64,000 bases of DNA. Origin: a virus. The stretch's first letter is position 1, and every line of letters begins with the position of its first letter. A program made the translations under genes and the position numbers. The notes beneath the pieces were generated by a model. It worked only from the letters and a program-made list of their open reading frames with translations, did no database searches and had not been told where the DNA came from. The stretch lies in IMG/VR virus record IMGVR_UViG_3300027712_000018; one strand, 5' to 3'. Below, one piece after another: positions 1 through 7,893 of the stretch.

Positions 1-70
1 GTTCAATTTGTCGGCTCTAGGTTTAATCTCATTGAGTACAAACTTGGCGTATTTGCTATTAGTTTCTGCG

Positions 71-289
71 TCAATCAACGACATCTTTTATTCCTAATAC
101 TTCTTTGATTGCTTTTTGATTATCAGCGACACCATTCAAATAGGCTCCTTGAATGATTTCTGCAATTCGTATTCCTGCAGGTTTACTTGGAACCTCAACA
201 GTCCAGTATTTAGATGAAATACGGAATCGACCCGTATCTTCATTCTTTTCAACTGTGCAATCCCTATACGGATTATATTCTCTAGTCAT
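71..289 (-). CDS. hypothetical protein
   Basis: 72 aa ORF on the main coding strand. Confidence 0.55.
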   Translation of the reverse strand: MTREYNPYRDCTVEKNEDTGRFRISSKYWTVEVPSKPAGIRIAEIIQGAYLNGVADNQKAIKEVLGIKDVVD

Positions 290-352
290 TTCACATCTTT
301 CATTTTATATTGAAATTGGTGGCCCAACTTTCACTGAGCCACCACTGAGAGA

Positions 353-1348
353 TTATCCGATCTTGATAAGATCCGTCTCGTTTGCTTTACGGTCTTGCGG
401 CAAAAACCCGTTAACGTGCCAAGGCAAGTCACCGTTGTTTGCATTGACAAAGGCTACCACATCAAGAATAGCTTTGTCAATCTCTTTTTGGTTCTTGATC
501 ATCTCTTCCCGCTTTTTGTTGAGACTAGACGACTTAGTAGGAGCCATAGTGTGATACAAGAAATAAGATTGCTTCTTTGTCTCAGAGTAGTTCATGAGTG
601 CAATCATCGTATACTTTGGCTGATAACGAGTATCCAAAACGGACCAACCATGTTCGTCACGTTCAGCATCATAACCACCAGCAACGTAACCGTTTTCCTC
701 AGCCCAAAGTTTTGCGTCATCACCAGTATATGTAACCACATCAACCCACGTGCCACAAGCTGTGATAACTTTATCAACCACACCACTTTTAAAAGAAGCT
801 GATCGGTTTTTGCAAACACGATTTACGTATTCACGAATGCTGAATTCGGTATTAACTACATCCGAATCGGGAAGGCTCATACGTTTTACAATGCTGTTGA
901 CAAGGTCGTCCGAACTCGCTTGCAATTGTGGAGGGTGATCGTTTTCCATCAGTTGGAACTCTTGGACAGAGAGTTCATCTGAAACACCATCAACTCCAAA
1001 CTCGTACAACGAGAAAATCCACTCTTTGTAGTTATTATCCCGCAAAGCTTCCCAACGGTGATTGCCAGCGACTAATTCGTAATTGTAAGATTTACCATTA
1101 ACGAATTGGGGGTTTTTACGTACAACGGGAGGTAGTAAATTATACTTGATGCCTTTTTCGAGAGCTTGTTTCAGATTGTTAACGTTCTCGAAATTTTTCC
1201 CATCTTTACGAACGGGGTTATTTGCCATAGACGGAACATAGATTTCATCAAACGAAATCTTCAAGTGCTTTAGGAACTTAGCACCTTTAGATACGATTGG
1301 TTCAGCCGTTACTTTTGCGGGGTCTAGTCTTTTGGTATTCACGGTCAT
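353..1348 (-). CDS. ParB/Srx-like N-terminal domain protein
   Basis: PPVV...YELVAGNHRWEA motif; start placed at MTVNTK (ORF track extends to 1408). Confidence 0.6.
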   Translation of the reverse strand: MTVNTKRLDPAKVTAEPIVSKGAKFLKHLKISFDEIYVPSMANNPVRKDGKNFENVNNLKQALEKGIKYNLLPPVVRKNPQFVNGKSYNYELVAGNHRWEALRDNNYKEWIFSLYEFGVDGVSDELSVQEFQLMENDHPPQLQASSDDLVNSIVKRMSLPDSDVVNTEFSIREYVNRVCKNRSASFKSGVVDKVITACGTWVDVVTYTGDDAKLWAEENGYVAGGYDAERDEHGWSVLDTRYQPKYTMIALMNYSETKKQSYFLYHTMAPTKSSSLNKKREEMIKNQKEIDKAILDVVAFVNANNGDLPWHVNGFLPQDRKANETDLIKIG

Positions 1349-1414
1349 TGTGTATTTTCTTTCTGCATAAGCGCAACAAAGGGTTTCAAGATTTTCAGCA
1401 TATACCACTTGGCA

Positions 1415-1720
1415 TTACACTGTTGGTTTATAGAACCTGACGTATAGATCTGCAATCTTGTCAAGTTCAGGGTGTTTGCGAATCCATTGGCCTGTCGAGG
1501 CATCAAACTGTTCCGCAAAGTAAGTATCGCATACTTTGTTTCCTGTGTCAAGTGATTTGTTTACCATCAAACACATTTTGTCAAACTCAGCATCCGACAT
1601 GATAGACTCGTCTTCGAACTCGTAGGCATATGCGGCGACAGATAGTTTGATTCGTCGCCGCACTTCTTGTTCTACTTCAGAACCCCAAACATCTTTTTGA
1701 AAGAATTGCTCAAGACTCAA
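1415..1720 (-). CDS. stand-alone NAD-dependent DNA ligase subdomain Ia-like protein
   Basis: AYAYEFEDESIMSDAEFD resembles the LigA Ia motif YY...ISDAEYD. Confidence 0.6.
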   Translation of the reverse strand: MSLEQFFQKDVWGSEVEQEVRRRIKLSVAAYAYEFEDESIMSDAEFDKMCLMVNKSLDTGNKVCDTYFAEQFDASTGQWIRKHPELDKIADLYVRFYKPTV

Positions 1721-2189
1721 TGGTTACTCCACCTACTTCTGTGGTGCCAATGACTTTATATTCCCTGCTTTCCAGAAACTTGCCGTCTTTGACTTTCATG
1801 ACCTTAACCTTAGCGTGAATATCGCCGATCAGTCTGACATAAGAACGACCACCATCAATGGCGGTACTACCCACATTCCGATAATCATGACGATGTTGTG
1901 AGTATTCCCAACCAGCCATACCTTCAATCATACTAAAGGAAAGATCCTCAATCATGTCGCAGTTGGTGATCATGATTTTCTTGTCCATATCCATTTCACT
2001 CATGTAGAGACCAAAGTATCGGTTGCCAAACTCAGGGTGAGGTGTCTCACGATAGAAGATGTCTGCAGCATATGTTGCTTCTTTGTTAGGTGCAGAAGTG
2101 CAGACATAAGTTACAGGAACCCCATCTTTCTCAGAATAGAACTTTGCAACAGCTTCGGTGTCAAATAGTGGACGGTGTTTGATGTTCAT
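1710..2189 (-). CDS. hypothetical phage protein
   Basis: 159 aa ORF; SQHRHDY...AIDGGRSY motif recalled from phage hypothetical proteins. Confidence 0.6.
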   Translation of the reverse strand: MNIKHRPLFDTEAVAKFYSEKDGVPVTYVCTSAPNKEATYAADIFYRETPHPEFGNRYFGLYMSEMDMDKKIMITNCDMIEDLSFSMIEGMAGWEYSQHRHDYRNVGSTAIDGGRSYVRLIGDIHAKVKVMKVKDGKFLESREYKVIGTTEVGGVTIES

Positions 2190-2425
2190 CGCTTCCTCAA
2201 CTTTTCATAGATATCATAACCAAGTGTTCCGGGGATTGACCAAGAATACTTCTCAAGAATATCATCCATCTCTTCCCGTGTCAAGTCTTCTTGTGGCGGC
2301 GACCAATCTTTATCCTCACCAACAAACCATCCTCTACTAGATAGTTCATCAGCTAAGTCTTGATCATCAACCTCATCAAGATAGTCTTGAATATCAACGT
2401 CTACAGTTACATCAATACTAGCCAT
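2186..2425 (-). CDS. hypothetical acidic protein
   Basis: AAGGAG RBS; overlaps the start of the next gene. Confidence 0.65.
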   Translation of the reverse strand: MASIDVTVDVDIQDYLDEVDDQDLADELSSRGWFVGEDKDWSPPQEDLTREEMDDILEKYSWSIPGTLGYDIYEKLRKR

Positions 2426-2508
2426 ATTGTATCTCCTTTATTATCAGCTTCATATAGCGATTATACACCTACCGAAAAAAATGTCAAGAATATTCTTCGG
2501 TACAAATA

Positions 2509-2538
2509 AAAAAAGGCCACCATTTCTGGCGGCCTTTT
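2509..2538. terminator. intrinsic terminator, probably bidirectional
   Basis: AAAAGGCCAC...GCGGCCTTTT hairpin flanked by A and T runs. Confidence 0.6.
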
Positions 2539-2552
2539 GAAGTGTTTTGTTA

Positions 2553-3038
2553 TTAAACTAAGTCTTTGGTTCCACGGCCGTGTACAACGCCATCAGCACC
2601 GAATGAAGCTGCCCAAGACTCTGGTTTGAGTTTTGGTTCAATGCCAGTCATACCTAAGACATAACCAGCGGCTTCAGATGCAGCACAGTTCGAACCGTGC
2701 TTTGGGTCTAGGTTGATGTCAAGGTGGATCTCTACATCGTATTCGTCAATGAAAGGAATCAGCTGGTTGTAGAGTTCACAGACCTTCGACACTTCATTCA
2801 TCATACGAATCTTAGGACGATTCTTCTTCACGTCATAATCTGGTTCATGGGAGACGTTAGAAAAGATTCGACAACCATTCTTACCGTTCATGTGAACAAT
2901 AGCGACAGTCGCATATCTTGCCCAGTTGCGGTTATCTCTACGGTATCGAACTGAGTCACAACCTAGATAGACTTTAGTTGATGTATCAAGCTTGATCAAA
3001 AGATTTACGATATCTTCAATTTGTGCTTGAGTAAACAT
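2553..3038 (-). CDS. RNase H-like (YkuK/DUF458-type) protein
   Basis: VYLGCDS...EIHLDIN...GS...KP.SWAASFGAD pattern. Confidence 0.7.
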   Translation of the reverse strand: MFTQAQIEDIVNLLIKLDTSTKVYLGCDSVRYRRDNRNWARYATVAIVHMNGKNGCRIFSNVSHEPDYDVKKNRPKIRMMNEVSKVCELYNQLIPFIDEYDVEIHLDINLDPKHGSNCAASEAAGYVLGMTGIEPKLKPESWAASFGADGVVHGRGTKDLV

Positions 3039-3040
3039 TG

Positions 3041-3880
3041 TTATGTTTCCTTTTGTTTGATTGAAAGGTACTTAGTGCCGCCGTCCCAATTCATAAAGGA
3101 TATATCAAAGAAATCAATATCATGATTGGGGAAGTTCTTAACGAAGTCTTTGATATACGTTTCGTTGTCAATACCAAAGATATGTTTTGAATAGATAATC
3201 AGCCAGTTCTTGGTCTGAGTCATACGTTCGACGATCTTCGCTCTCTCTTCCAAAGGCATCTCAGTGAAAGAGAAACAGGCTATGCCAAGATCGGCCACGG
3301 GGAAACTGTCTAGGTCAACGTACTCTACGTTAGGAATGCCGATTGTGTCATGTAAGTGTTTTTGCAGAACATGGACTTCGGGAAAATCTAGGATAGAGTA
3401 CTTACCTTTGAATCCTAGTTTATGGATGATGTCTGTCATCTCACCGATACCAGCACCAATCTCTACGATGGAATCTAGTTTAGATAGGGATTCGATATCC
3501 CAACCACAAACGATCAGATGAGCCAAGAGTTGAACTCGATTGGCTGAGTAGTCTTTACCTTCGACGATTCGGAAATGTTTGTCGAAGTCTTCTTTGGTAC
3601 ATCCTACGAAAGGCTCTGTAAGAGCGTCATCATACATAGGATCTTCTGCCAACACGTCAGATACGATATCAAAGAACTCTCTGATAGGATTGAACGACCA
3701 TAGTGGAATGATGGCGGTTGACGCCCAAAGTTTGAACTTGTTTAGGTCTAGGGTGGCTGCATCATGAGCGAACACTTCCCGCATCTGAGTCCAAAAGGTT
3801 GAGTCGTTAACTCTCTTGGCCTCCCGCATCTTTAGGGAATATGGACTGTTCTCGTCGTTATCGCTCCAAATGATCATCAA
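3041..3880 (-). CDS. SAM-dependent methyltransferase (putative sugar O-methyltransferase-like)
   Basis: IVEIGAGIG motif I, ILDFPEV, FSFTEMP. Confidence 0.65.
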   Translation of the reverse strand: MMIIWSDNDENSPYSLKMREAKRVNDSTFWTQMREVFAHDAATLDLNKFKLWASTAIIPLWSFNPIREFFDIVSDVLAEDPMYDDALTEPFVGCTKEDFDKHFRIVEGKDYSANRVQLLAHLIVCGWDIESLSKLDSIVEIGAGIGEMTDIIHKLGFKGKYSILDFPEVHVLQKHLHDTIGIPNVEYVDLDSFPVADLGIACFSFTEMPLEERAKIVERMTQTKNWLIIYSKHIFGIDNETYIKDFVKNFPNHDIDFFDISFMNWDGGTKYLSIKQKET

Positions 3881-3897
3881 TCACTCCTATAATAAAA

Positions 3898-3973
3898 TGG
3901 TGCTGCCACGAGGACTTGAACCCCGCACCTGATGCTTACAAGGCAACTGCTCTACCAGATGAGCTATGACAGC
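3898..3973 (-). tRNA. tRNA-Thr(UGU)
   Basis: cloverleaf, loop CT-TGT-AA, encoded CCA. Confidence 0.93.
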
Positions 3974-3982
3974 AAGAATTCT

Positions 3983-4056
3983 TGGAGCGGGTGAGGGGAA
4001 TCGAACCCCTATCTTTAGATTGGAAATCTAAGGTCTTACCTTTACACAACACCCGC
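3983..4056 (-). tRNA. tRNA-Gly(UCC)
   Basis: TTAGA-TTTCCAA-TCTAA arm, CCA end. Confidence 0.93.
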
Positions 4057-4103
4057 ATGAATATGGTCCAGTTATTAAGGGAACTGGCAAACCTTATTGT
4101 TTA

Positions 4104-4184
4104 TTACTTCAAAGCAGCCTTAGCATACATATTGATTTCCATGCCGCAAGCAACTTCTGCAACTTTAGGTGTGTTCCAAGCCAT
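4104..4184 (-). CDS. pqqA: pyrroloquinoline quinone precursor peptide PqqA (26 aa, MAWNTPKVAEVACGMEINMYAKAALK)
   Basis: hand-translated; W-x-x-P N-terminus and E-x-x-x-Y core; AAGGAG RBS; TATAAATA at 4253-4260. Confidence 0.88.
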   Translation of the reverse strand: MAWNTPKVAEVACGMEINMYAKAALK

Positions 4185-4255
4185 ATTATAGTCTCCTTGT
4201 TAGTGTTGGACCAGTTATTTAAATTATTAAGGGAACTGACAACCCTTCGTTTTAT

Positions 4256-4717
4256 TTATACAGGTAATTCTGCCCACTGTTGAATTTTTTGTTTCAAAAC
4301 AGCAGTTGCTTCGTGTTTGTTTTTTTCACGATCCCAAACCCAATCGCCGGATGGAAGGGGTTGACCATACTTGACAACCATAGCAATTACACGAGGTAAG
4401 ACCATTAGATTGAAAGTTCTTTCATTATCCGGATTACGCTTTTGTTCGACTGTTTCATAAGGTACGCCAGCAATGAAGGCACGAGCAAGAAACGTAGCAC
4501 GATTCTCATTGCGAACATCCCACTTACGGTGGTGATTCAGTGAATGATACGCATTGAACGCTTTATCATCCCAACGAGGATACATACCATTGTTTCCAGC
4601 AGCATGCCATTGTTTCAATCCCCACTGATATTGTTTAAGTTGCTTACGCTCCTCAAAACGAATGATACGAGCTTCTTCAGAAAGGTGTTTAGATTTTACT
4701 TTAAGTTCTACAGACAT
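4256..4717 (-). CDS. hypothetical phage protein downstream of an amber-containing uORF
   Basis: 153 aa ORF; its TAGGAG RBS lies in a hairpin arm. Confidence 0.75.
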   Translation of the reverse strand: MSVELKVKSKHLSEEARIIRFEERKQLKQYQWGLKQWHAAGNNGMYPRWDDKAFNAYHSLNHHRKWDVRNENRATFLARAFIAGVPYETVEQKRNPDNERTFNLMVLPRVIAMVVKYGQPLPSGDWVWDREKNKHEATAVLKQKIQQWAELPV

Positions 4718-4812
4718 TTTATTCTCCTAAATTGATTTCAAATTGTTTATATTGAAAGTTCAATTTAGGGTGGACCAGTAATCTACGAGTTATCGCTCAT
4801 TGTAGTTCTCCA
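4715..4812 (-). promoter_or_regulatory. amber read-through leader: uORF MSDNS(TAG)ITGPP(TAA) at 4765-4800 plus anti-RBS hairpin
   Basis: GGAG RBS before the uORF; CCTAAATTGA pairs with TCAATTTAGG, covering the downstream SD. Confidence 0.6.
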
Positions 4813-4823
4813 TGTTGTTGTAG

Positions 4824-4956
4824 TGGTATCCAGCCTTGACATCTGCACATCCTGAGAAGGAATTTATCGGTTTTACCAGCAGATACAATGTCACAAATAT
4901 AAGATGCTCAAGTTGTCTCGTTTACTGTGCTTGAGTATAGCTTATAAAGGCTGAAT
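4824..4956 (-). ncRNA. orphan structured RNA ending in CCA (about 133 nt)
   Basis: terminal stem ATTCAGCCTT/AAGGCTGGAT followed by ACCA; two internal arms. Confidence 0.5.
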
Positions 4957-4959
4957 TAG

Positions 4960-5034
4960 TGGTGGTCCTAGTGGGGTTCGAACCCACGTCCAAGCGTTTT
5001 AGGGACGCCCGCATTACCTTTATGCTATAGAACC
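4960..5034 (-). tRNA. tRNA-Sup(CUA), amber suppressor
   Basis: GGCGT-CC CTA AA-ACGCT anticodon arm (C33), canonical T arm, CCA end. Confidence 0.85.
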
Positions 5035-5042
5035 GTATTTAA

Positions 5043-5111
5043 CAGGATCGTTTTTGTCCGCTAAGACATCCATTGCATTGATTTAGCGTTTTTGTTTGCT
5101 GAACCGATCCT
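5043..5111 (-). ncRNA. Y-RNA-like small RNA, copy 1
   Basis: AGGATCGGTTCAGCAA...CGATCCTG terminal stem; near-identical copy at 8559-8625. Confidence 0.6.
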
Positions 5112-5117
5112 AAATTT

Positions 5118-5192
5118 TGGTCAGGGTGACAAGGATTGAACTTGCGGCTTCTTCATTCCAAGTGAAGCACTCTACCACTGAGCTACACCCTG
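5118..5192 (-). tRNA. tRNA-Pro(UGG)
   Basis: CTTCA-CTTGGAA-TGAAG arm. Confidence 0.93.
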
Positions 5193-5198
5193 ATGGTG

Positions 5199-5288
5199 TT
5201 ATTGTGGAATGTTGGACACCGCAATATAATAAGCGAAAGGAACAGCGATAGTGCCGAACCAGCAGATTGCGATGATGAACTTTTCCAT
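5199..5288 (-). CDS. small membrane peptide (29 aa, MEKFIIAICWFG...)
   Basis: GGAGAG RBS; sigma70-type promoter directly upstream. Confidence 0.5.
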   Translation of the reverse strand: MEKFIIAICWFGTIAVPFAYYIAVSNIPQ

Positions 5289-5315
5289 GTCATTCTCTCC
5301 TTGACTTACTCTTAT

Positions 5316-5354
5316 GTTGTAACATAGATATTTTAGAATGTCAAGAACTATTTT
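5316..5354 (-). promoter_or_regulatory. sigma70-type phage promoter (AAAATAGTTCTTGACA family)
   Basis: TTGACA-17 nt-TACAAC; same upstream motif near 9082, 13291, 13619 and 13997. Confidence 0.6.
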
Positions 5355-5427
5355 GGCGAGGGTGCAGAGAGTCGAACTCTGGCTCTCAGTTTTGGAGACT
5401 GATGTGCTACCGTAACACTTCACCGAC
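5354..5427 (-). tRNA. tRNA-Trp(CCA)
   Basis: TCAGT-CTCCAAA-ACTGA arm; two acceptor-stem mismatches. Confidence 0.85.
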
Positions 5428-5429
5428 AT

Positions 5430-5505
5430 TGGCTCCCTAGTGTGGGATCGAACCACAGACAGGCGAGTTAACAGCTCGCTGCTCTACCATCTGAGCTACT
5501 AGGAA
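5430..5505 (-). tRNA. tRNA-Asn(GUU)
   Basis: GCGAG-CTGTTAA-CTCGC arm. Confidence 0.93.
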
Positions 5506-5511
5506 ACATTC

Positions 5512-6027
5512 TTAAGATACTTTAACCAAGGTTCTCATATGAACCCTTTGGATGTTATAACCACCCGCCACGATTGTGCGAATGTTAACCCGATGTTCTC
5601 CGACTTTGAAACTGCCTTCAAAACCATCACTGACATGTTTCAGTTCAAAGTCTGGAATCTCTTCAATGTTCTTCTTACGCAGGGCCGCAATGATCTGATT
5701 GTCACGCTTGTCAATCAACGACAGAGTATTCTTCATCATGTTATCAAGACCACCTTGAAGGCCACGACTAGCGATCAACTTCATCATCGCTTCGCTGCCC
5801 CAATACTTGATCACTTCAGCACCACGAATTTTATAGTCTTCGTATTTGGTGTGTTCCGCATCCCACTTTTTCATGTGGTCTTGGAAACCTTCGATTTTGG
5901 CCTTAGCCCAAGCCTGATCTTTCTTAATCACATCGGCGTCCAACTCTGCAAACGCTTTACTAATTTTTTCTTTCATCTCTTTCTCAGGGGAGACGGCTTC
6001 GGAGAGGTAGTTTTTGAAAGACAACAT
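5512..6027 (-). CDS. hypothetical protein, possible internal head protein
   Basis: N-terminus MLSFKNYLSEA resembles a T4 capsid-targeting sequence. Confidence 0.6.
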   Translation of the reverse strand: MLSFKNYLSEAVSPEKEMKEKISKAFAELDADVIKKDQAWAKAKIEGFQDHMKKWDAEHTKYEDYKIRGAEVIKYWGSEAMMKLIASRGLQGGLDNMMKNTLSLIDKRDNQIIAALRKKNIEEIPDFELKHVSDGFEGSFKVGEHRVNIRTIVAGGYNIQRVHMRTLVKVS

Positions 6028-6092
6028 TGGTTTGGTCCTCGACGTTACTTGTATACATTACTATATATACAAACGCTTGTCAAGCATTATTT

Positions 6093-6180
6093 TGGCGGAT
6101 CGTGTGGGAATCGAACCCACTCTACCCTTACAGGTAGTACGGTTTAGCAAACCGCTGCCTTACCAGCCGGCCCACGATCC
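6093..6180 (-). tRNA. tRNA-Ser(GCU)
   Basis: long variable arm, loop TT-GCT-AA, G73. Confidence 0.92.
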
Positions 6181-7253
6181 AAATCTTTACCTACATATTC
6201 GTGACTGTAACACACTCTGTCAGCGTGTTTAGCCAGATATTCTTGCGGCATCTTACGACTATAACCACTATCGTTTGGGTGTTTGTAGTCGCTTCTTGAG
6301 ATGCCGTTCTTACTTGTAGGAACCCAAAGATTAGACGCATTACGATACTCGCCTAGTCTTGGGTGAGCAGTCTTCGTAAAGAACCTCTTGCCCTCTCTAA
6401 GGTGGAGTTCTCCTAGTGCTTCTGTCATCCTTGCACCTATACCTAAGCCCTGAAACTCAGGTAGTACAACCGTTCTGTGACCCCGCCACGCCTTGTTTAG
6501 AGTGCCACTAGGCATCGCTAGACTTGAAAGAAATCCGACAGGTCTGTTGTTCCATGTGACAATCCAGCATCGTGAACCTTTATTGATGTTCCCGTCAAGA
6601 TAGTGATGGTCGCCGAACAATGACCAAGCTTCGGTTGAACAAGGTAGGAGTTCCAAAACGATGGCTGGCCTTTCTAACCTCCTTGTGGACATCTTACCAG
6701 TTTGAGTATCGAATACCCAATCTGGACGCAGCCACTCAATGATGTCATAGTGACAGGATGAAAAGACGATCTTCTTAAGACCCTTGGCGTGAATGTAACG
6801 GTGGACCGCATTCGAACAAGACTTGGCGACATCACGGTCAATAACAGAAGTGAACTCATCCACCACCACATCATTGTCTAGTTGTCTAGCCAAACGAGCA
6901 CGAAACTGTTCACCATTAGATAACACGTGGTAAGGACGAAGCCAACTTGGAATACTGTTGAACCCTACCGCACCAAGACGTTCTTGCGCTTGTTTGGCGT
7001 TTTCAAAATGAGATGCAACGCACTGATCAGGATTCCACTCTGGTTCCTTTTCAAAACCAAATTCCTTGAGCAGAGTACTCTTGCCAGATCCCGAAGGACC
7101 GACGATCAAGCCAATGCTGAAGTCTTTGAGAGTGGTTTCTCTATCAATTGGACTGATAGTAGGTGGAACAAACTCAGTAGTGCCATCAAACTTGTAGTCG
7201 AACATCTTACTGATTTCAGCAGTGATATCGTCTTGTCTAACGGTTGACTTCAT
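6144..7253 (-). CDS. ABC-type ATPase fused to a GNAT acetyltransferase
   Basis: GPSGSGKST Walker A, LSNGEQ signature, VVVDEF Walker B, VVLPEFQGLGIG acetyl-CoA motif. Confidence 0.85.
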   Translation of the reverse strand: MKSTVRQDDITAEISKMFDYKFDGTTEFVPPTISPIDRETTLKDFSIGLIVGPSGSGKSTLLKEFGFEKEPEWNPDQCVASHFENAKQAQERLGAVGFNSIPSWLRPYHVLSNGEQFRARLARQLDNDVVVDEFTSVIDRDVAKSCSNAVHRYIHAKGLKKIVFSSCHYDIIEWLRPDWVFDTQTGKMSTRRLERPAIVLELLPCSTEAWSLFGDHHYLDGNINKGSRCWIVTWNNRPVGFLSSLAMPSGTLNKAWRGHRTVVLPEFQGLGIGARMTEALGELHLREGKRFFTKTAHPRLGEYRNASNLWVPTSKNGISRSDYKHPNDSGYSRKMPQEYLAKHADRVCYSHEYVGKDLDRGPAGKAAVC

Positions 7254-7266
7254 GATCTATCCAGTG

Positions 7267-7539
7267 TTACAACAAACTTAAAGCATAATACATATGATCT
7301 TCAAGTTCTAGGGGGAAATCGTTAGCAGAACTTTTATTGACAAATCTTCCCGTACCATAGAAATATTCAATTAAAATGGTGCAAGCTTTGACATAACGTT
7401 GGCATTCTTTGCGATTAAGTTTAGACAACAAAGGATTGCCTTCTTGCTGTGCATTTATTTTACGCAAATCACGAATCAAATTAAGTTGTTCATCAGTCCA
7501 CGACGACCTCATAAGAGGATCATAGTATATACTTTGCAT
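7267..7539 (-). CDS. hypothetical protein
   Basis: 90 aa ORF with AAGGA RBS. Confidence 0.55.
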   Translation of the reverse strand: MQSIYYDPLMRSSWTDEQLNLIRDLRKINAQQEGNPLLSKLNRKECQRYVKACTILIEYFYGTGRFVNKSSANDFPLELEDHMYYALSLL

Positions 7540-7553
7540 AATCAGTTCCTTAT

Positions 7554-7648
7554 TGGTATTGCTAGGGGTTTCGGACGCTCCCTATTACGCAGCACTACGC
7601 TACTCGACTTACGCCTAAGTCTGGGTCTGTTAGTTCCGTTCTAGCAAT
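7554..7648 (-). ncRNA. orphan tRNA-like RNA ending in CCA (about 95 nt)
   Basis: ATTGCTAG/CTAGCAAT acceptor-like stem followed by ACCA; interior is not a cloverleaf. Confidence 0.5.
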
Positions 7649-7651
7649 TTT

Positions 7652-7728
7652 TGGTGCCTTTGGTGGGATTCGAACCCACACTGAACGGCTTCTAAGACCG
7701 TTATCTCTACCAGTTGGACTACAAAGGC
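7652..7728 (-). tRNA. tRNA-Leu(UAG), short variable loop
   Basis: loop CT-TAG-AA. Confidence 0.9.
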
Positions 7729-7734
7729 ATTATT

Positions 7735-7808
7735 TGGTAGTTCGTGAGGGAATCGAACCCCCGTAGTCGCCGTGTAAAGACGAAGTTCTACCATTGAACT
7801 AACGAACC
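7735..7808 (-). tRNA. tRNA-Val(UAC)
   Basis: loop TT-TAC-AC. Confidence 0.92.
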
Positions 7809-7814
7809 ATAATT

Positions 7815-7888
7815 TGGCGATCTATACGGGACTCGAACCCGTCTTCCTAGATAGACAGTCTAGGGCCTTCCCTGACGGCAAATAGACC
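7815..7888 (-). tRNA. tRNA-Asp(GUC)
   Basis: CTAGA-CTGTCTA-TCTAG arm, G73. Confidence 0.88.
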
Positions 7889-7893
7889 AATTT

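Noticed and set aside
4062-4250. Canonical preQ1-I riboswitch
   Set aside because: The topology is similar, but the UUC ligand-binding loop is missing and there is no que gene context; kept only as an unknown pseudoknot.
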